The notes under the pieces are model-generated. The model saw nothing but the letters and a program-made list of their open reading frames with translations. It had not been told where the DNA came from and did no database searches. Below are positions 38,797 to 52,400 of a stretch of 64,000 nt of DNA, in pieces (the stretch's first letter is position 1; each line of letters opens with the position of its first letter). The translations under genes were made by a program, and so were the position numbers. The stretch lies in contig OZ037769.1 in the NCBI GenBank assembly GCA_964035545.1, positions 3,763,929-3,827,928 of the forward strand. Direction: 5' to 3'. The DNA comes from Bugula neritina (Eukaryota; Animalia; Bryozoa).

Positions 38797-41700
38797 ATGG
38801 GCAACTTGGTTATTTATATATGTTTTACATGTTGTGTAAATTTTTAGCCCATGTAGTTTACAAATATCTAAAGCTTAATGCAACAGTTACTTGCATACAC
38901 TTACTATTGGCATCAGTTTTAAACACTGAGTTGAAGTTGTCTCCCCCACATGTGAGGTCGCTGTAGTAGTCACAAGCTTCATCACAAGATTGTCGGAGAG
39001 ATTCGCTATATCTGTTTGGGTCGTTGCCACAGTAACAGTTCCTGCCACTCAAACCAGCGAACTCATATCCTGCAACGAACTTGATAAATAAACAAACCCA
39101 AGCTTATGTGGTGGTTTGTAGAGTAGATATATTTGAAAAGTGTTTTTATATTTGAAGCTCTTATAACCCATTATATAGTTTATCTACTTAAGATAATTCT
39201 AGAAGATGTTGTAATTTTATATTAAATGTTGTATATTGCAATTTTGAATGCAATTTATTGCAACAGTATTTTTCTTTCAGCATATCAAATATATAATATA
39301 TAATATGATATAAAGAGAAAATTATACATTATTATATATTATATACAACAAATGAGCATAAACCTAGGCTATTTACTGTTTGAATTTAGCATTTTTACTT
39401 CAATGACTTTTTTCTTATTAGCTGAGAAAATTTAGACTGTTTTTATCTTGAAAACTATTAAAACCGAAAGAAACAATATAATAGAGTATAGAGGTTGTTG
39501 CAAGCACTTTATAATATACAAAATTTGTGTAAACTGAATAAAGAAGGTGTAGTAACTGTAGTATTAAGATTAGCCAGTGGTGTAATGGTATAGTGCATGC
39601 ATGCAAGCCGGGAAGGTTTCGAGTTTGAATCCCAGTGGGGGCAAAAGTTTGATAGTATCTCACTTACCATCGTCACCACACCGAGATGTGCAGGTTTGTG
39701 GAGTAGCATCATAGTAACCCAAATAGTAGGAGGTATCATCTAAAGCTGATGAGAATGTAGAATCAGCAAAGCAACCTACAAATACATTTAGATAGTCAGC
39801 TAGTTCTCCGTAAATATTATGGAATTCATCACTTCGTTTTGTGCAACGATGCCATGTTTTGACAAATTTAGTACTATATATATACAGTGATTTAACCTAT
39901 CTCACAGTCTCAGTTCTCACAAGAAAGCTTAGACCTCCCCCCCCCCCTCTTTTGTGGCTTATGCATGTGTATATATTAGAACAAAATGAGAAAAATTGAC
40001 AAATCCATGAGTTAAATCTGATAATGAGGTTTCTAGACCTGCAGCTCAGTGAGATACAGAGAGAGCACTACGCATTAATATTCATGTTTTGTGCCAATCA
40101 ATGTAGCGCAGGTCGTTATTCGTCAGTCAAATTCTTATAATTCTACAATATCTATAATAAACTTTAATGAGCCTAAAGAAATGTTATTTGTATGCACGTT
40201 ACATTTGAAGGATGCGATTTATAATAGCAGATCAAATGATAGTATTGAACTGCATTTCTAAAGAATTTAATCAGTTGTATAGAATTTTGTTTATTTTATA
40301 TGTCTATATAAACTATAAAGTTGCAAAAAATATAATATATACTGCATCAAAAAAACTAATTGGCAAGCTTAAGTTCAATAGATTAAAAGAAAATTAGCTT
40401 TCAATCATTATATTTTTATTATAAAAGTTATCAAATATATACTATTGTTTTATTGTACAATATTTAAAGAATTTTGCAATAAGTATAATAAATCCTTTTA
40501 CACAAACTAAAATTTAAATATTGATTAGTTTGTTCATGTGTAATAAACTGATAACCAGAAATAAAACTATAAGCTTAAATAAACATATGTACTGAGCATT
40601 ACAAGAATTATAAGTCAAACAAGTGATGACACAGATACTCACCAAGATAGTTTGTTCTGTAAACCGAGTTGATATAACTTCCCCCACATTCTCTGTTGTC
40701 AGCAGGACAAACAGAGTTGCAATCACTTTGATCTAACTCAGAATATGAGCCATAAGATGAGCCACAGTAGCAGAGATATTCGTCCTGCAGGCCTGCATAT
40801 TTGTAACCTGAGAAAAACGCAATTAATTCAATTTAATTTAATTTGATTGTTTTAATAAAAGATATTTTAAAAAACACTGGTTATTATTTGTAAATAGTAT
40901 TTGCTAGCAGCTTATATTTTATTCAATTAAGTTCCTCTTGTAATAATTCATATTAATTTAATCTAACGGTATTGCTACAATATATGGCAGTTTGAAAGAA
41001 TTTTTTGTACAACAAAAAACACAAAGTTGTTCAATTATTTTGAAAAATAAAATAATTCTTAGAATCATTAAAACTACTTTCAGTGAAGTTATAACGTGTG
41101 AAGTGTGAAGCTCAGTCAAATTTTAAAAATTTATTGCAAAATAATGAAAATTGTTACAAATCTTGTTTAAAATTTATTGATATTGCAATAATATCTCAAT
41201 TTAATACTTAACAGTGCTGCAACTCACCTCTTTCAGAGCAGTAACCGCTACACTTTGAGACGGAGTTGTCTGTTCCAAAGTTGTAATAGTCACCATCAAG
41301 GTCTCTTATAAATGCGCTATCATCATAGCATCCCATGTAAATTGGTTCGGCTAATAATTAACAAGAAAAAAAATTTGTACAAGCTTTTCTTAAACATTGA
41401 TAAAATTCACAACATTTAAAATACTTTGTCTTAATAATCTATATAAGGAATAAAAATGTACAAAATAATTTCTCTTTTTTGGCTTCAATATATACAATGG
41501 CTTTTTTATTAGCAAATACTTTGTTAAATAGAGTACAGCAAAAATAGTTAAATTTAGTAATTATTTGATTATATGCAAGGCTTACAAACAAACATGCACC
41601 TATAATATTTGTAAAATAATTGCCACCACTGGGAATCAAACCCAAATCCTCTGGCTTGCAAGCAAGTGTGCTACCATTACACCACAGAGGCCACAAGGCA

Positions 41701-43208
41701 AACTCAACACTACAATATTATAACTGTTAGATATAATACTTACTTGTCCATTCCTGCGTGGTGTATTCAGGAGTTAAGTCACTCCCACTACCGACACCAA
41801 ATATGATTACCACAACCTGTAAAGTTCAACAAAATATATATAAAACTTTTGCAGTTCGAGCTAAATAAATATACATAAATTACTAGACTTATAGAACTAT
41901 CTAGGAAGCTATTTTAGTCCAATTTTTGCAAATTAAATATCATATATAATAACTAAGTAGCCTAATACAATAGACATAAGTATATATAATACTTTAGTAA
42001 TGTCATAGACATATAGGTATATAATATATACGTACACGTAGGTAAACAATATATTATACTGAAGTAATACCATAGACATAAGTATGGGGTGCTAAAATAA
42101 TATCATTTTCAGAAATTTGAATTTTTAGACTGAATTACATTTTCCAATGCATCTCGTGCATATTCTTGCAATAATACTGTACATACACAGAGAATATTTG
42201 AACAGCTACCTACCACAGTTACTGCAGCTATAATTATCAACAACCCAATTCCTAGTCCTGTGAGTGAGAGAGATTTAGACTGGCAGATCCTTGTCTTGTG
42301 GGCAGCAGCATTTCCTCGTCTAGCATCTTCACCAGATAAATATGCCATGACAGCACCAGCAATTCCCAGTGGCAGGCAAAGTATGGCTGTCAGAATTCCA
42401 ACAACCATCCAGCATGTTGAACCTGTGTCTGTTACCTACAGATAAACATGGTATTTAATTTATACTTTAATTTTTAATATGATGATTACTTACATTAAAC
42501 TAAGTTGTTAAGTAATTTTTAATAAAAAAAAAACTGTGATGCAGTAAAACTTGTGAAATACTTTTTTTGCTTTAAATTAAGAATATTCTTGTAAGCTCAA
42601 TCTAATAATAATTAGCTTTAACTTTAGCTACAACTTATATTGAGCGCTTCTACATTACCTGTATTTTTTATTTATTTACACTGTTACACTATATTTATAG
42701 AAATACATATATGCAAAAAAATCATACATGAGCTCATGACTGAATGAGGCTGAGTTACCTGTGTCACCACCTGCTGGCCAGTGCCATGTCCATAAGCAGG
42801 TGCTTGTCCAGGTGCTACTCCAGAACTAGGAGTGGCAAATACTGGCTGAGTGGCAGGTGCTACTTTATTATTACTTAGACCATTTTGTGAGAAATGGCCA
42901 TGGTGAGCATATCCAGGTGGTGGCTGTGTTTGAGGGGCATATCCAGGTGGTGGCTGTGTTTGAGAGGCATATCCATGCGGTGGTGGCTGTGTTTGAGAGG
43001 CATATCCAGGTGGAGGGGCATTCCCTTGTTGGGGTACAAACTGCTGTTGGTAACCTGGAGAGGGTTGACCAGGCTGAGGGTTTAAAAGATGTGTTGGTGC
43101 ATTTCCCACAGGCTGTGCCTCAACTGGCTGTGGTGCTGGAACACACTGCTCGTTACCATAATTCTGGACTCCATTATTAACATAATCTTTCATTTCCATT
43201 TCTGCCAT
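36329..43208 (-). CDS. Gene B: PPxY-rich + CD225 + 4x WSC, ~620 aa; exons 43208-42759, 42435-42214, 41816-41744, 41350-41228, 40807-40643, 39775-39668, 39069-38905, 38010-37888, 37351-37193, 36997-36893, 36498-36329
   Basis: Exon-for-exon paralog of A; spliced 1863 nt is open. The intron-1 donor is inferred at a shifted CAG|GTAACT site. Confidence 0.82.
38735..38792. repeat. (TA)n microsatellite in gene B intron 7
   Basis: Direct dinucleotide run. Confidence 0.95.
39557..39646 (+). mobile_element. tRNA-derived element family 1 (gene B intron 6)
   Basis: TGGTGTAATGG A box, GAGTTTGAATCCC B-box-like, ends CAGTGGGGGCAAAA; same position as the copy in gene C. Confidence 0.6.
41619..41714 (-). 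mobile_element. tRNA-derived element family 1 (gene B intron 3)
   Basis: Closely similar to 1433-1535; not seen in gene C intron 3. Confidence 0.65.
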
Positions 43209-43294
43209 TGTCCTACTGAAGTGACCCTAAAAAATGATGATTATTTTTGAAGAAGAATAGTATTATACTTGGAACATCGGTTAACTACAAATTA

Positions 43295-43576
43295 CCCCCT
43301 ATTCACACTTACCGTAACAGCAAATATCAGCCATTATTAATGGCTGCAGTTTTCAAAGTCTGCAATTAGGTACGATCTATGACACTTCATTGGACAATTA
43401 TATCTAATGAATTAACGCAAAAGTTTTTCTGTTCAATAGGAGTCCGCCGCAACTTATTTGAATCAAGCAGTGCTTGATCCTACCGTACCGCAACACCGTA
43501 CAGGAAGCTCAGACATTTGTAAAAATAGCTGATATTTGCTGTTACGGCGTATAATACAGTAAGTGTGAATAGGGAG
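43295..43576. mobile_element. PIF/Harbinger-type MITE upstream of the gene B ATG
   Basis: TIRs CCCCCTATTCACACTTAC(..)CGTAACAGCAAATATCAGC and its reverse complement; TTA TSD at 43292-43294 and 43577-43579; absent at the homologous site in gene C (about 55810). Confidence 0.8.
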
Positions 43577-45037
43577 TTATATTCTGACAATAAAACTCGA
43601 TATATGTAGTAGATAGCAAGTTGATATGAGTTTAAAGCTATAAAGCTGCAGTTTTTCTTTTAGAGAAGATAAACAGTTGAACAATGATTATTCTTTCAAT
43701 ATTTATTTTAGTGAATTAGTTTTTTAAAAATATAATTAAACCTAATCACACAAGCATCACTAATTATAATGTATTGCTTAAGATTGTAAATCATGGGCTA
43801 TACGTTTTATGCTGGTTTAAACTCAACGTAGTAACTAAGCAGTTAGTTTATGCTTACCTGCAAGTAGCAGCAACCTATATTGTGTAGTACTGATACCGTG
43901 TTACACAAGAATGTGAATGCCTTAATAAATCAATACGTAAAACAATTATGCAATTATGTTATGCTAAACATTGCTTTTGTGGAGACAAAGAACTCAAAAA
44001 CGCAATTAACGTATTAAAAAGTTGTGCCGAGTTACAGTCAACAAAGTATCTATTGTTCAACTATGCTATTCAAATATATTTGTTTCCTAAAAAATCAATA
44101 GCACAATAGCCGCCATAGTATTAATTTGTTTTTACGTGATTAGCCTTTTAATAAAATTAGACTAAGGTTTGCGATGTCAGCACGGTAATGAACAGTGAGA
44201 TAAAAACAAGGCGATAGAAGTTGTTTCATTTTGTGACTGAAGTAGAAACATTGGTTCACGATGATTTTGACCGACTAATTTTATTCAGGGGAAAGACTAA
44301 ATAATAACATATTATACATATTTAGTCTAGCTGACCTTACAATGATAAGACGTAAAACACAATGATCCTAATAGTAATAGTGACAGCTAGCTCAGTTTTA
44401 GCTGTAACGTGATTATATATGCTAACTCAGGAAAAATATTACTGAAGGCAACAGTATTGGTTTTAGAGTTTCTTTTGTCCTGAAAAATATGGTATAAGTA
44501 ATTTTTTTTTAAATATTTATTTAAAATGAAATCCAAAATATTGCATCATAACATAATAACAAAATATATAGTAATTTTATTTATGAAGCAAGCTAACAGT
44601 TGCATATAATATTATAGTGTTATACTGCATGCTAGTTACGCAACAAATCAATAACCATGAAATAATGAAAATCCATTTGATTATAATGTCTAACGAGGAA
44701 TGTTTATTCAAACTGTTGACCATTGGTATAATATATTAACACTGTCAGAAATTTTCATAGATCTTTATGCTAATTTAACAGTTAGTTTCATGTTATCTGA
44801 CCACTTTGTTCTGAGAAGATATCAATTAGTAAGCAATAATAAATGTTTGGTGACTCTGAAGGATACAATAAGAAAAAAGAACAGATAAACAGGAACATTC
44901 TAGTAATAAGCCTTATAGCTAGAACGACAAAATTATATGTAGTATAGATGAAGAAAGCAATAGTGTTCAATGTTTCATAATACTGAGAAAAAGGACAGCC
45001 AGAACAAGTCACGGCATGCAATAAGCAAGTGTGTTGA

Positions 45038-46101
45038 CTCTCTACAACAGGTGACAGTAGTGTAGAGACTAGACACTATCTAACAGGTGACAGTAGTGTA
45101 CAGACTAGACATTCTATAACAACAGGTGACAGTAGTGTAGAGACTAGACACTATCTAACAGGTGACAGTGGTGTACAGACTAGACACTCTATAACAACAG
45201 GTGACAGTGGTGTCTAGACTAGACACTATCTAACAGGTGACAGTGGTGTACAGACTAGACACTCTATAACAACAGGTGACAGTAGTGTAGAGACTAGACA
45301 CTATCTAACAGGTGACAGTGGTGTACAGACTAGACACTCTATAACAACAGGTGACAGTGGTGTCTAGACTAGACACTATCTAACAGGTGACAGTGGTGTA
45401 TAGACTAGACACTCTACAACAGGTGACAGTGGTGTACAGACTAGACACTCTATAACAACAGGTGACAGTGGTGTCTAGACTAGACACTATCTAACAGGTG
45501 ACAGTGGTGTATAGACTAGACACTCTACAACAGGTGACAGTGGTGTAGAGATTAGACACTCTACAACATGTGACAGTAGTGTAGAGACTAGACACTATCT
45601 AACAGGTGACAGTGGTGTACAGACTAGACACTCTACAACAGGTGACAGTGGTGTAGAGATTAGACACTATCTAACAGGTGACAGTGGTGTATAGACTAGA
45701 CACTATCTAACAGGTGACAGTGGTGTACAGACTAGACACTCTATAACAACAGGTGACAGTGGTGTCTAGACTAGACACTATCTAACAGGTGACAGTGGTG
45801 TATAGACTAGACACTCTACAACAGGTGACAGTGGTGTAGAGATTAGACACTCTACAACATGTGACAGTAGTGTAGAGACTAGACACTATCTAACAGGTGA
45901 CAGTGGTGTACAGACTAGACACTCTATAACAACAGGTGACAGTGGCGTATAGACTAGACACTATCTAACAGGTGACAGTGGTGTACAGACTAGACACTCT
46001 ATAACAACAGGTGACAGTGGTGTATAGACTAGACACTATCTAACAGGTGACAGTGGTGTATAGACTAGACACTATCTAACAGGTGACAGTGGTGTATAGA
46101 C
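45038..46101. repeat. 36/39-bp minisatellite, roughly 28-29 units
   Basis: Unit AACAGGTGACAGTGGTGTAYAGACTAGACACT(ATCT|CTAC|CTATAAC), with a 75-bp dimer higher-order pattern. Confidence 0.95.
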
Positions 46102-46121
46102 ACATGTAGAGAAGTTAGTAG

Positions 46122-48130
46122 TTAGAGAAGCCAGTGGAACATGAAACGGAGCCAACGACATGACCAGGTAACAATAGTGTTGGTGAGACGACAGAAGCTA
46201 CTGAAGAGAGCTGAAAGTGAATATGGAGCAGGTGGTGGGTTGGCAGAGTTTCTAGATGGGAGAGAATAAGTTGCTGAAACTGCAGTGAGTTCATTCCTGG
46301 TGACATCAGTTGAGGATAAGTTTGATCTGGCGGGCTCTGTAGTTCTTTGGTTAGGTATGATGGAAGCAGAGATTTCTGACATTGGACTATTGGTAAAAGA
46401 AGTGATGTTTGTTGCTGAGGAAGAAGGAATAGTGTTGTTGTTTTTTATCTTTTTCTGATAGCGGCTGAAATCGGATATGTCTGGCATTGAGCCAGCAGTG
46501 AATGTGTTACAATCTGATCTGTTTGAGTCTATGAACTGTTTGTAAAAACTATTGCGGATTTCATTGAAGACAGGGCGTACATGAAGTTGGCCATCTGACT
46601 GAGATCTATAAAGTAGTTGTGTAGCAGTGTTTTCAGGTGGGGTGTAGGCTTTAAACTGAGGAGTGGTTGTGAAATTTATACTTTGGTCTTTGTGAATATT
46701 GGCTGCTGGTTGCCCAAGCTGTGGAACAAACATGTCAGGAAAACTCCTGGTAGTCTCATCACATCCAGAAGAGCTGGAAGGAACTCTAAAGTTTTGTGGC
46801 ACTGGAGGTAGCCTATAGAAAAACAGATTAATAATTTAATTTTGAGGATCTTACAACTGTTTCAAAAGATTTGAAATGACAAACAACAATTTAACAGTTA
46901 CTAAAATACATCCATGGTTTGAATATTGTGTTTTCACTTATTGAAAACCATGTTCAAGTAATATCAGGAAATTGTTACACTTTTCTATTATCTTCAAGAC
47001 ATTATCGTACTATACCTTCTATTTCTATTATTGATAGATCTGGTAGCTTCTCCTTGATCACTGCCACGAGAATTAGAGCCTTCTGCAAAAGATCCAAACA
47101 TGATATTCACACCACTCCTTTGCTTGCCGCCATTTGGTACAGGTGCTGGACATTTTTTAGTTGAATGAGAAGCCACATTGCCTGTTGCACTGGTATATTG
47201 TCTGTAAACATGTTAATAACTGATTTAATATATATATAATGTCACAATATAGCATATGGGCATTGTTCACAAGTTATGCAGTCTTTAGCAACTGTTCACA
47301 ATTAAAGCATGCATTTATAACTAATTAATGTTTGATACGATCACAAAGTATTAAGCTATGAAAATGAGAAAAGCTAAATTAGCTACTTACTTTTTCTTGT
47401 TATTAGCTGTCCTTGAAGTAGGTGTACCACTTGGGGTAGACTGAGACTGCTGTGGAGAGTTTAAGTCATCACAGTTTCTGCTGCCATTACTCCTTTGACT
47501 ACGGCTATTTCCACTACTTCCTTGAGCCTCCCTACATCGGGATTATCAGTAGGCTACATGCATGTATTTAAAATTCCCAATTAAATTATCCTTTTAAAAC
47601 AAACTACAACTTATAAAAGGCAAAGCAAATCAAAATACTTACTCTTTGTTTTTCCTTTGACGAGCTGATAGTCCTAACATCATTACTATTGGGAGAATTT
47701 GTCCAATCCCACCCTGTATAATTATACAAAATTTATGTTATAATTATATATTATTATCTATTATTCTAGAAGCATATAAATAAGTATAAAGGAGAATCTT
47801 ATTTAATCATCATTACATATTACTGCTTAATAAATTTTGCTTTTTGACTACCACAATTGTTTCCCAGTTTTTCAAACCATTGCAGTAGAATGAGCAAAAC
47901 CTATCACTAGTTATTCTTATTAACTTTTAGTAAAAAATTTTATGAATCATACATTAAGAGCTAGAAGGTTGCAGAAGACTGCTGACATCTATAAATTAGA
48001 ATAGTTATACTAAAACTAATACTAAAACTAATACAGTAATAATACTATTAGTCACTATTACTATTGGAACAGTATTGTGTATAGTTTGATTCTCACAACA
48101 GAAATATGTAGAATGAGTGATACTCACCAT
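46122..48130 (-). CDS. Orphan gene X2, ~363 aa; exons 48130-48128, 47713-47643, 47531-47391, 47201-47016, 46812-46122
   Basis: Inverted paralog of X1 with identical exon sizes except a 39-nt in-frame deletion in the last exon. Confidence 0.6.
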
Positions 48131-49437
48131 GATAATGACGTTAGAGTTGAGAACTACAGATACCTCGGTATATACACCTCAGTATACAGAGTATAAGTAA
48201 CACTAAATCTAACAAATTATACAGAAATCTTCAGAAAATATTAGATTGAAAACTAGCTTTGATCATTTGAGAATCAGAATAGATGCTTTGAGATGTGTTC
48301 AACAATGGGATGATGTCATCCAATCTCATTGTTACAAATCTTTTTATATACAGAAATATAATTATTGGCAACTTTCCAATAGTTCAAACAAACAAAATGT
48401 TAAAATAATATGCAGTTATTAAATAATTTTCAAAGTCTAATTTTAAAATTCAGTATAACTGTTTGATAAATATTAATACTAACAACAAGCTTCGTGGAGT
48501 TTTGTCATATGCTTATAGTGCGATATATTTTTAGCATTATACATCATGTTAAAGACACCAGATTAGTTCATAAGTATCCTTTATGACTTCAGTATGATCT
48601 CATCCAACAGTACTATAGTTTTTCAGTAAGTTAGCCCTTCTGTTATAATCTTCCATTTTATATGATCAACAAATAATACGCTGACTGCCAACCATTCATA
48701 GCTCGCTGCCTCGACTAGCTGCAGTTCTACTGCACTATGGGCCTTGTCATTTTGTTTATTTTTCTCAACTGTATGTATTTTTTCCGTCTGCGACAAAATA
48801 AAACAATTAACAAACAAACAAACATTTTGCTATTTATAAAATAATGTAACTTTATATATAAAATAATATGTTTACTGTCACTGCCTCTGTTAAAAATTTA
48901 TGTATAATTAGAATCATAGCTTTGCCACATTGAAATCTGTAAATGGTCAAGTCTTCACATTTATATATTTGAAAACTTTTTTTAAGCAGTTCAGAAAAAT
49001 AATATTTTTTTGAATATATAATTTATTTATATAAAGCAGTTGCATTAAAGTCTAATAAATATTATCATATTAGGGTCAAAGTAGAAAATGAGAAATTGTA
49101 AAAATATATTGAGTATATAAATCAATGCACAAGCAATTATATAAACATATAATATGCTAAATATATGTTTTTAGTTTTGAAGTAACAGTCTGCTGAAAAT
49201 GAATCACTCAACTTTTATAAATATAACTTGTATGGGTGAATTTGTGGTTGTGGTTTGCATGAACTTATGATTGTGGATTCATTTGATGCAACTGTTTCGA
49301 AACCTCGACTGAAAATGCGTAGCTTGAAAACACAGTGATAGTGACAGGTATAAAATACAATTATGAACCTAATCTACATGGAGCTACGAAGCAGTTCTAT
49401 TAAATTGTTATTTTTTTCCAAGCATAATAAGTTTCAA

Positions 49438-52400
49438 CTAATTCAAGCCTGTCTCAAACACTGCCAGTCTCTTGTAACCACCACAAGTACTCTTGTAGTC
49501 TGAGGTACACAACTCATCACACTCGGAATCTGATACTTGATAGTATCTGTTGAAATCGTGACTGCAATGACATCTAAATGGGTAGCTTATTCCAGCAAAC
49601 AAGTAGCCTACAATAATAAATACAATTTGCAATTATTTTTTAATACATTATTAGTGCATATATTATCAGACTTTGAGTTATTGTAATTTTTATTTGAAAC
49701 CTTTTGCTGTGCGTAATTCATTACATATGCATATGCTCAGACTCATGTTTCATGTATTATTTTCATTGCATAGTAATATAAACAGCTTGCGAAGTTTAAA
49801 TTTATTTATGTAAGATAATAAATGCAATACTATAACACTAGAAATAACAAATAAATTTTTAAATAAGAAAGCAAATCTTTAAACAATGAATAAGCGCTCT
49901 TAGTGATATCTTTATTTAAAGTTTTTGGAAAAACTCAATCTTATTCTAACTAATTTATCATAAATTCAGCAGATAGCATATGATTGTCATATTCTCTCAC
50001 CTTCATCTTTACATTCACTCTTACACAGTGTAGGAGTCAAGTCATAATCTGAGATGGAAATAGAGACATTCATGGCTCTGTTTGAAAAGTCATCTTCATA
50101 ACAGCCTAAAAATACAGTTGGAATCTGCCATCAACTAGCATTGCATTCTATTACATTGGATTGTTTGTATGAGAATTTTTAAAATTATTACTATTACAAA
50201 AATAAAGTACTATATTATACTTAGCGTTTAATTTTTAGCTGAAAAACTTGATATGGCATGTCTTTAAGAACAATTGTGAATGTTTTCTTACCCAAATAGT
50301 CTGTTTTGTAGATAGAGTTGGATGAATATCCTCCACATTTCTCATTTCCAACTGGACAATCCGTGTTACAATCATATGACTCACCATACGAACCATAAGA
50401 CTGTCCACAGTAACACTCAGTCCCTGATTGTAGTCCAGCATATCTGTAACCTGGTAATTGTAAACTTATTAAATTATTTTCTGCTAAGTTCCTACATAAT
50501 GTTTTAACTCAGTTTGATCAAAAAACATCACTGAGCTTGGCTATTAGTTTTTATATACTAAAGTAAAACTTGCAAATATATGCCACTGCATGTAATTTCA
50601 ATCTAGCCTATTTACTACTTTTGGAAATCTTCAGTAGCTGAAAAGAGCATTTTGTTTAAATAGAGAGCTGTAGTTACACATGACAGTTTTAGACTGAAAA
50701 TATGGCTATATTTATGTTTACAAACTGAAAATCTTGAAAGTATACTCACACTGATTGAAAATAAATAAACGGACACTATAAAAAGACACAATTGCTTTTG
50801 ATTGGTTAGATTCAAATTAGATAAGCTACTTAATAAATATTTTATATTACTTTACCTTTATATTATGCAATTATAACTAAAAATGCAATCTTTAATTGCA
50901 GTCAACTCACACTTTTATAACAACTATATGTTATGACTTGTAGCAATGCTTACCTCTGTTTGAACATGTAGAAGTACACTGGCTGGGATTGTTGTCCAAT
51001 GACAATGTATATCCTGGTAGGTCACGTGTCCAAAGAGAGTCGTGGTAGCAGCCGAGATAGTGATACTTTTGGTCTTCTACAGCATTGTTTTATATATACA
51101 TAAAAATTTTCTCCCAAATATATTATTTTCATTAAACGAAAAACTCATCTTATTATAGATTGATGCTTTTCATTCCTTACAGCTACACTGTTGCTCTTGT
51201 ACGAGTAGCTTTAGATTCAATAGATAAAATTGACCTGGTAGAAAACTGTCGGTTTATAAGTATACATTAGTATTTTGATTTCGATTCTACTGCATTCAGG
51301 TAAGGTTTAGAAATAAAATACACATCTACATAAGTCATCAAATATGTCCTTGTTTGAATATGTTTCAAAATGTATAGAAATAAACAAATATAATATTTTA
51401 TGCTATTAATTTAATAGGCAATATAAATATACAATATATAATGAGTAACTTGATAATATGTATATGTTTTACATGTTATTGTGTGAATTATCAGCCCATG
51501 CAGTTTACAAATATCTAGCGCATAATGCCACAGTTACTTGCATAGACTTACTATTGGCATCAGTTTTAAACACTGAGTTGAAGTTGTCTCCTCCACATGC
51601 AAGGTCGCTGTAGTAGTAACAAGCTTCATCACAAGATTGTCGAAGAGACTCGCTATATCTGTTTGGGTCGTTGCCACAGTAACAATCCCTGCCACTCAAA
51701 CCAGCGAACTCATATCCTACAACGAACTTGATAAATAAACAAATCTACAATTAAGTTGTGATTTTTGTGTTATATATTTTACCTGCTAAAAAACTAGAAA
51801 CTAGAGTAATTTTGTAAGTTTTCTAGTACTTTGAACTTTTATGCTCTAAAATATAGTTCATATGCTTAAAAATAATTTTAAAAAATACATATTACAAATA
51901 TTGCAATTTGTTGCAACAATTTAGCTCATTTATCATGTTAAATCACCACCTATATCTAGTGATACAAAGAGAAAATCCTACGCTATTGTAATATACATGA
52001 TATGCAAGTACAAACCTAGGCTAGCAACTGTTTGAATTTAACATCTTTGCTTCAGCGACTTTTTATTATTAGCTGTGCAAGTTTAGAATGTTTTTATTTT
52101 TAAAAACATGGAAACTGAAGCCAACAATATAAAAGGCTATATAGAAGATATTTTAAGAGCTGTACATCATAAAAAAGTGTGTAAATCTGAATGGAAAAAG
52201 TAATTTATCTGTAGTATTGAGATTACCTAGTGGCCCCTGTGGTTTAATGGTAGTGCGTTAGCTTGCGAGCCGGAAAGGTTTCGAGTTTGAATCTCAGTGA
52301 GGGCAAAAGTTTGATAGTATCTTACTTACCATCTTCACCACACAGAGATGTGCAGGTTTGTGGGGAAGCATCAAAGTAACCCAAATAGTAGGAGGTATCA

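Noticed and set aside
39885-40070. Gene-B-specific intronic insertion with weak inverted ends and a C run
   Set aside because: TIRs too degenerate to classify.
45038-46101. CRISPR-like or coding interpretation of the regular array
   Set aside because: No unique spacers, eukaryotic context, no cas genes; recurrent TAG stops and no ORF called despite unit lengths divisible by 3.
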